DNA from: Isurus oxyrinchus
Taxonomy: Eukaryota
DNA length: 64,000 nucleotides
Reading direction: 5' to 3'
Assembly (NCBI GenBank): GCA_026770705.1
Contig: JANJGN010000041.1
Coordinates: 5,456,001-5,520,000, forward strand
Shown: positions 61,490-64,000 of the stretch, piece by piece
Numbering within the stretch: the first letter of the stretch is position 1
Layout of the letters: every line of letters begins with the position of its first letter
Notes under the pieces: model-generated
What the model was told of the DNA's origin: nothing
Databases searched by the model: none
What the model saw: only the letters and a program-made list of their open reading frames with translations
Made by a program: the position numbers and the translations under genes

Positions 61490-64000
61490 AACCTTGATGG
61501 GCCAATTTGTGAGGAGCTGGGAAACGGCAAATGGATCAGATATCAGTGGGAGTTGTTTATAGGCCACCAAATATTTGTGTCACATTAAATATCAGGAAAT
61601 TCGATCTGGATGTAACATGGTTAAAGCAGGAAAATGGGAAACTTCGATTTACAAAGAGACAATGATTTACCAAATCAGCACTCATAACCTGGAAGAGGAA
61701 TTCATTGAATGTATGTGTGACTGGTGTCAGCACAAATACGTTAAAGAGCCAACTAGGGATCGACCTAGACAGGATTTAGTGCTAAGCCATGAGAAAGGTT
61801 CAATGGATGTCCGTGCTTTCAGGGATTCTTTGGGAAATAATGACGATAACGTGATAACATTTTGCAAAAACGTATTACATCGGTATGCTCTACTCTAAAG
61901 CTCGGTTCTCAAATCTGACTAAAGGAAATTATGAATGAAAGAGAGGCAAGTTGGCTATGGTGCATTGTCAAAGTATAGCAAAAGGTTTGTCAGTAGACAG
62001 GCAATGGCGAGTATTTAAGGAAAGGATGCTGTGTCTACATCAGACATGCATTCATCGAAAGCTCAAGCACTCACAGGGAAAGATACGCATGGATTGTAAA
62101 CAAATGAATTTAAATATTGCATTACATGAAATGAAATAATTTATCGCGGTACATGAAAGACATGGTAAATCTGAGGGTTGGGGGAAATTTGGAACCCAGC
62201 AAAGGAGGACTAAGAAATAGATTTAGAAATGGGAAGAGAATGGATTACTATCCAGCGAGGAATGTAAAGAACAAATCTGGGCACTTTACATGTGGGTACA
62301 GAAATATTTATCGTGGAGAAAAGGGAAACAGCATAGCAACGAAAACGTACCTTTTAGCTTATCATCACCAAAGAACATACAGAATATTTCCAAGATAAGC
62401 TAGGCAACCAAGTGACTTGTGAAACAGGGGTGTAAAAAGAAATAAATAGTATTAGTGAAGAAGGTAGTACTTGAAATGTGAACTTGGATTGACGATTACA
62501 TAATTGGCTGGATTAGAATTGCTTCATCTCATGAGTTCCGAAGGAGGAGTCTAAAGAAACGTTGGATGCATTGGTTGTTTTCTTGCAAAATTCTGTAGCT
62601 TCTGGAAAGTCTCCAGCTGAATGCAAAGTATCGGATGTTGAATCACTATTTCAGAATGGAACCAACGGGACGAGATGCAATTGCAGACATGTTAGTTTGA
62701 CTTAACTGGTATGGAAAATGTCATAATGTATTAGTACGATGCGGTAACTGGGTATTTAGTAAAAACTGGTAAGATTGCGCAGTGTCAACAAGGGTATATG
62801 AAAAGGGAATCATGTTAGACAGAAATTTGAACAACTCCCTGCATAAGGAGGCTCCAAAAATATCCACATTTACCATGCTGCGAGGGTCCAGCTCATCAAA
62901 GGAAAATATAAAGATGAAGCATTCGCTAAAGTATTCCTCTAGAGGTGCCAAGTGGATGACCCATCTTGGCCTCCTCCGTAGGTTCCCCAGAGCACAGATG
63001 ATAATCTTCAGCCAAGTGCCTACACTCTCCTTGATATCAGAGAGCTGCTGAACCTGTGGATACTGCAAGACTTTGGGCACCAATAATCTTCCAGCAATTG
63101 TACTGAATGCTTGTGAACCCGATAGTGCCCTCTGCAATACCCATGCTTCAACAGTACAGATTCAACATTGGCACATACCCATATATGTGAAATATCGCGA
63201 AGGGACGTGATACAGAAAACCAATCACAAACCCAGCCCGTTCACTAACAGTTGCATCAGCTTCCATTTCATCATCAGGAAAGTAATGGAAGGGTGCATCA
63301 AGGGGCATCTGATCATCATTACTCTTCTCACTAAGGCTCAGTTTGTGTTCCACAAGGTGCAGTCTGTTCCCAACAGCATCACAGCCATTGACCAAACATG
63401 GAGACAAGAGCTGAACTCCAGATGTGACGTGACATTGGCCACACTTAATATCAAGTCAGTATGTGATCAGAAGTATCATCAAGGCGAACTCAAATAACAG
63501 CAGTCAATGCAAATCATCGGAAAAACTCGCCGTCGGATGGAATCATATCTGGCACAGATGAATATGGTAGTGATAGTTGAAGGTCATTCATCTCAGTTCA
63601 AGGATGTCACTGCAAGAGATGCTCAGTATTGTGCCTAGTCCTCAGCACCTTCAGCCGCTTCATCTGTCACCTTTCTTCCCCCATACGCTCAGAAGTGGGG
63701 ATGTTCGATGACGATTGCTCAATGGAAAGAACATTTGCAACTCCTCAAATACTGAGCCGTCCATGCCCACATATAGGAAAGTCTGGACATTGTCCAGGCT
63801 TGGGGAGAGAAGTGTCAAGTAAGGTTCACCTCACATACGTACTAAACAATGTTTATCTCCAAAAAATTTTCTAGCCATCGTCCCTTGGCATTCAACGAAA
63901 TTATGATTTCCGAAACCCCGCTATCATGATCCTCAGAATAACCATTGACTGGTAACTGAACTGGCCAACCAGTCAAATACTGTGGCTACAGGAGCAGGCC
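61490..64000 (+). mobile_element. Degenerate CR1/CR1-clade LINE ORF2 fragments (paralog of 12830-16100, lacking the Penelope insertion)
   Basis: EEEFIECMCDWCQHKYVKEPTRDRPRQDLVL; ISFHFIIRKVMEGCIKGHLI…LLTKAQFVF. Confidence 0.75.

Larger units (their letters stand above)
48618..64000 (+). repeat. Segmental duplication copy B (paralogous to 1-16097; runs off the window end)
   Basis: Colinear with copy A throughout, including the GPCR exon, hAT fossil and CR1 fragments. Confidence 0.95.

Overview
Repeat-rich eukaryotic genomic DNA. The repeat families and gene type point to a cartilaginous fish such as a shark (inference). There are three N gaps: 17952-18102, 27411-27551 and 43272-43438. The only credible protein-coding genes are two paralogous class A (rhodopsin-like) orphan GPCRs of the GPR139/GPR142-like type on the + strand. 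Gene B is complete and spliced: exon 47457-47526 plus exon 55446-56383, 335 aa. Gene A shows only its main exon (7252-8153); its first coding exon should lie about 1.1 kb before the window. The two genes sit in a direct segmental duplication of at least 16 kb (1-~16100 vs ~48618-64000, offset ~48 kb). The copies differ by an inversion, indels, a microsatellite expansion and a Penelope-like insertion with a target-site duplication and a minimal hammerhead-like motif. The rest is fossil transposons (CR1, L2 and RTE LINEs, a hAT transposase, a Gmr1-type LTR element, SINEs), two decayed tRNA-Asp genes with duplicated flanks, and three arrays of a 51-bp minisatellite derived from CR1 ORF2. The leading hypothesis is a tandemly expanding receptor family whose ligand pocket is diversifying, possibly chemosensory. 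All alignments and counts were done by eye and are approximate.
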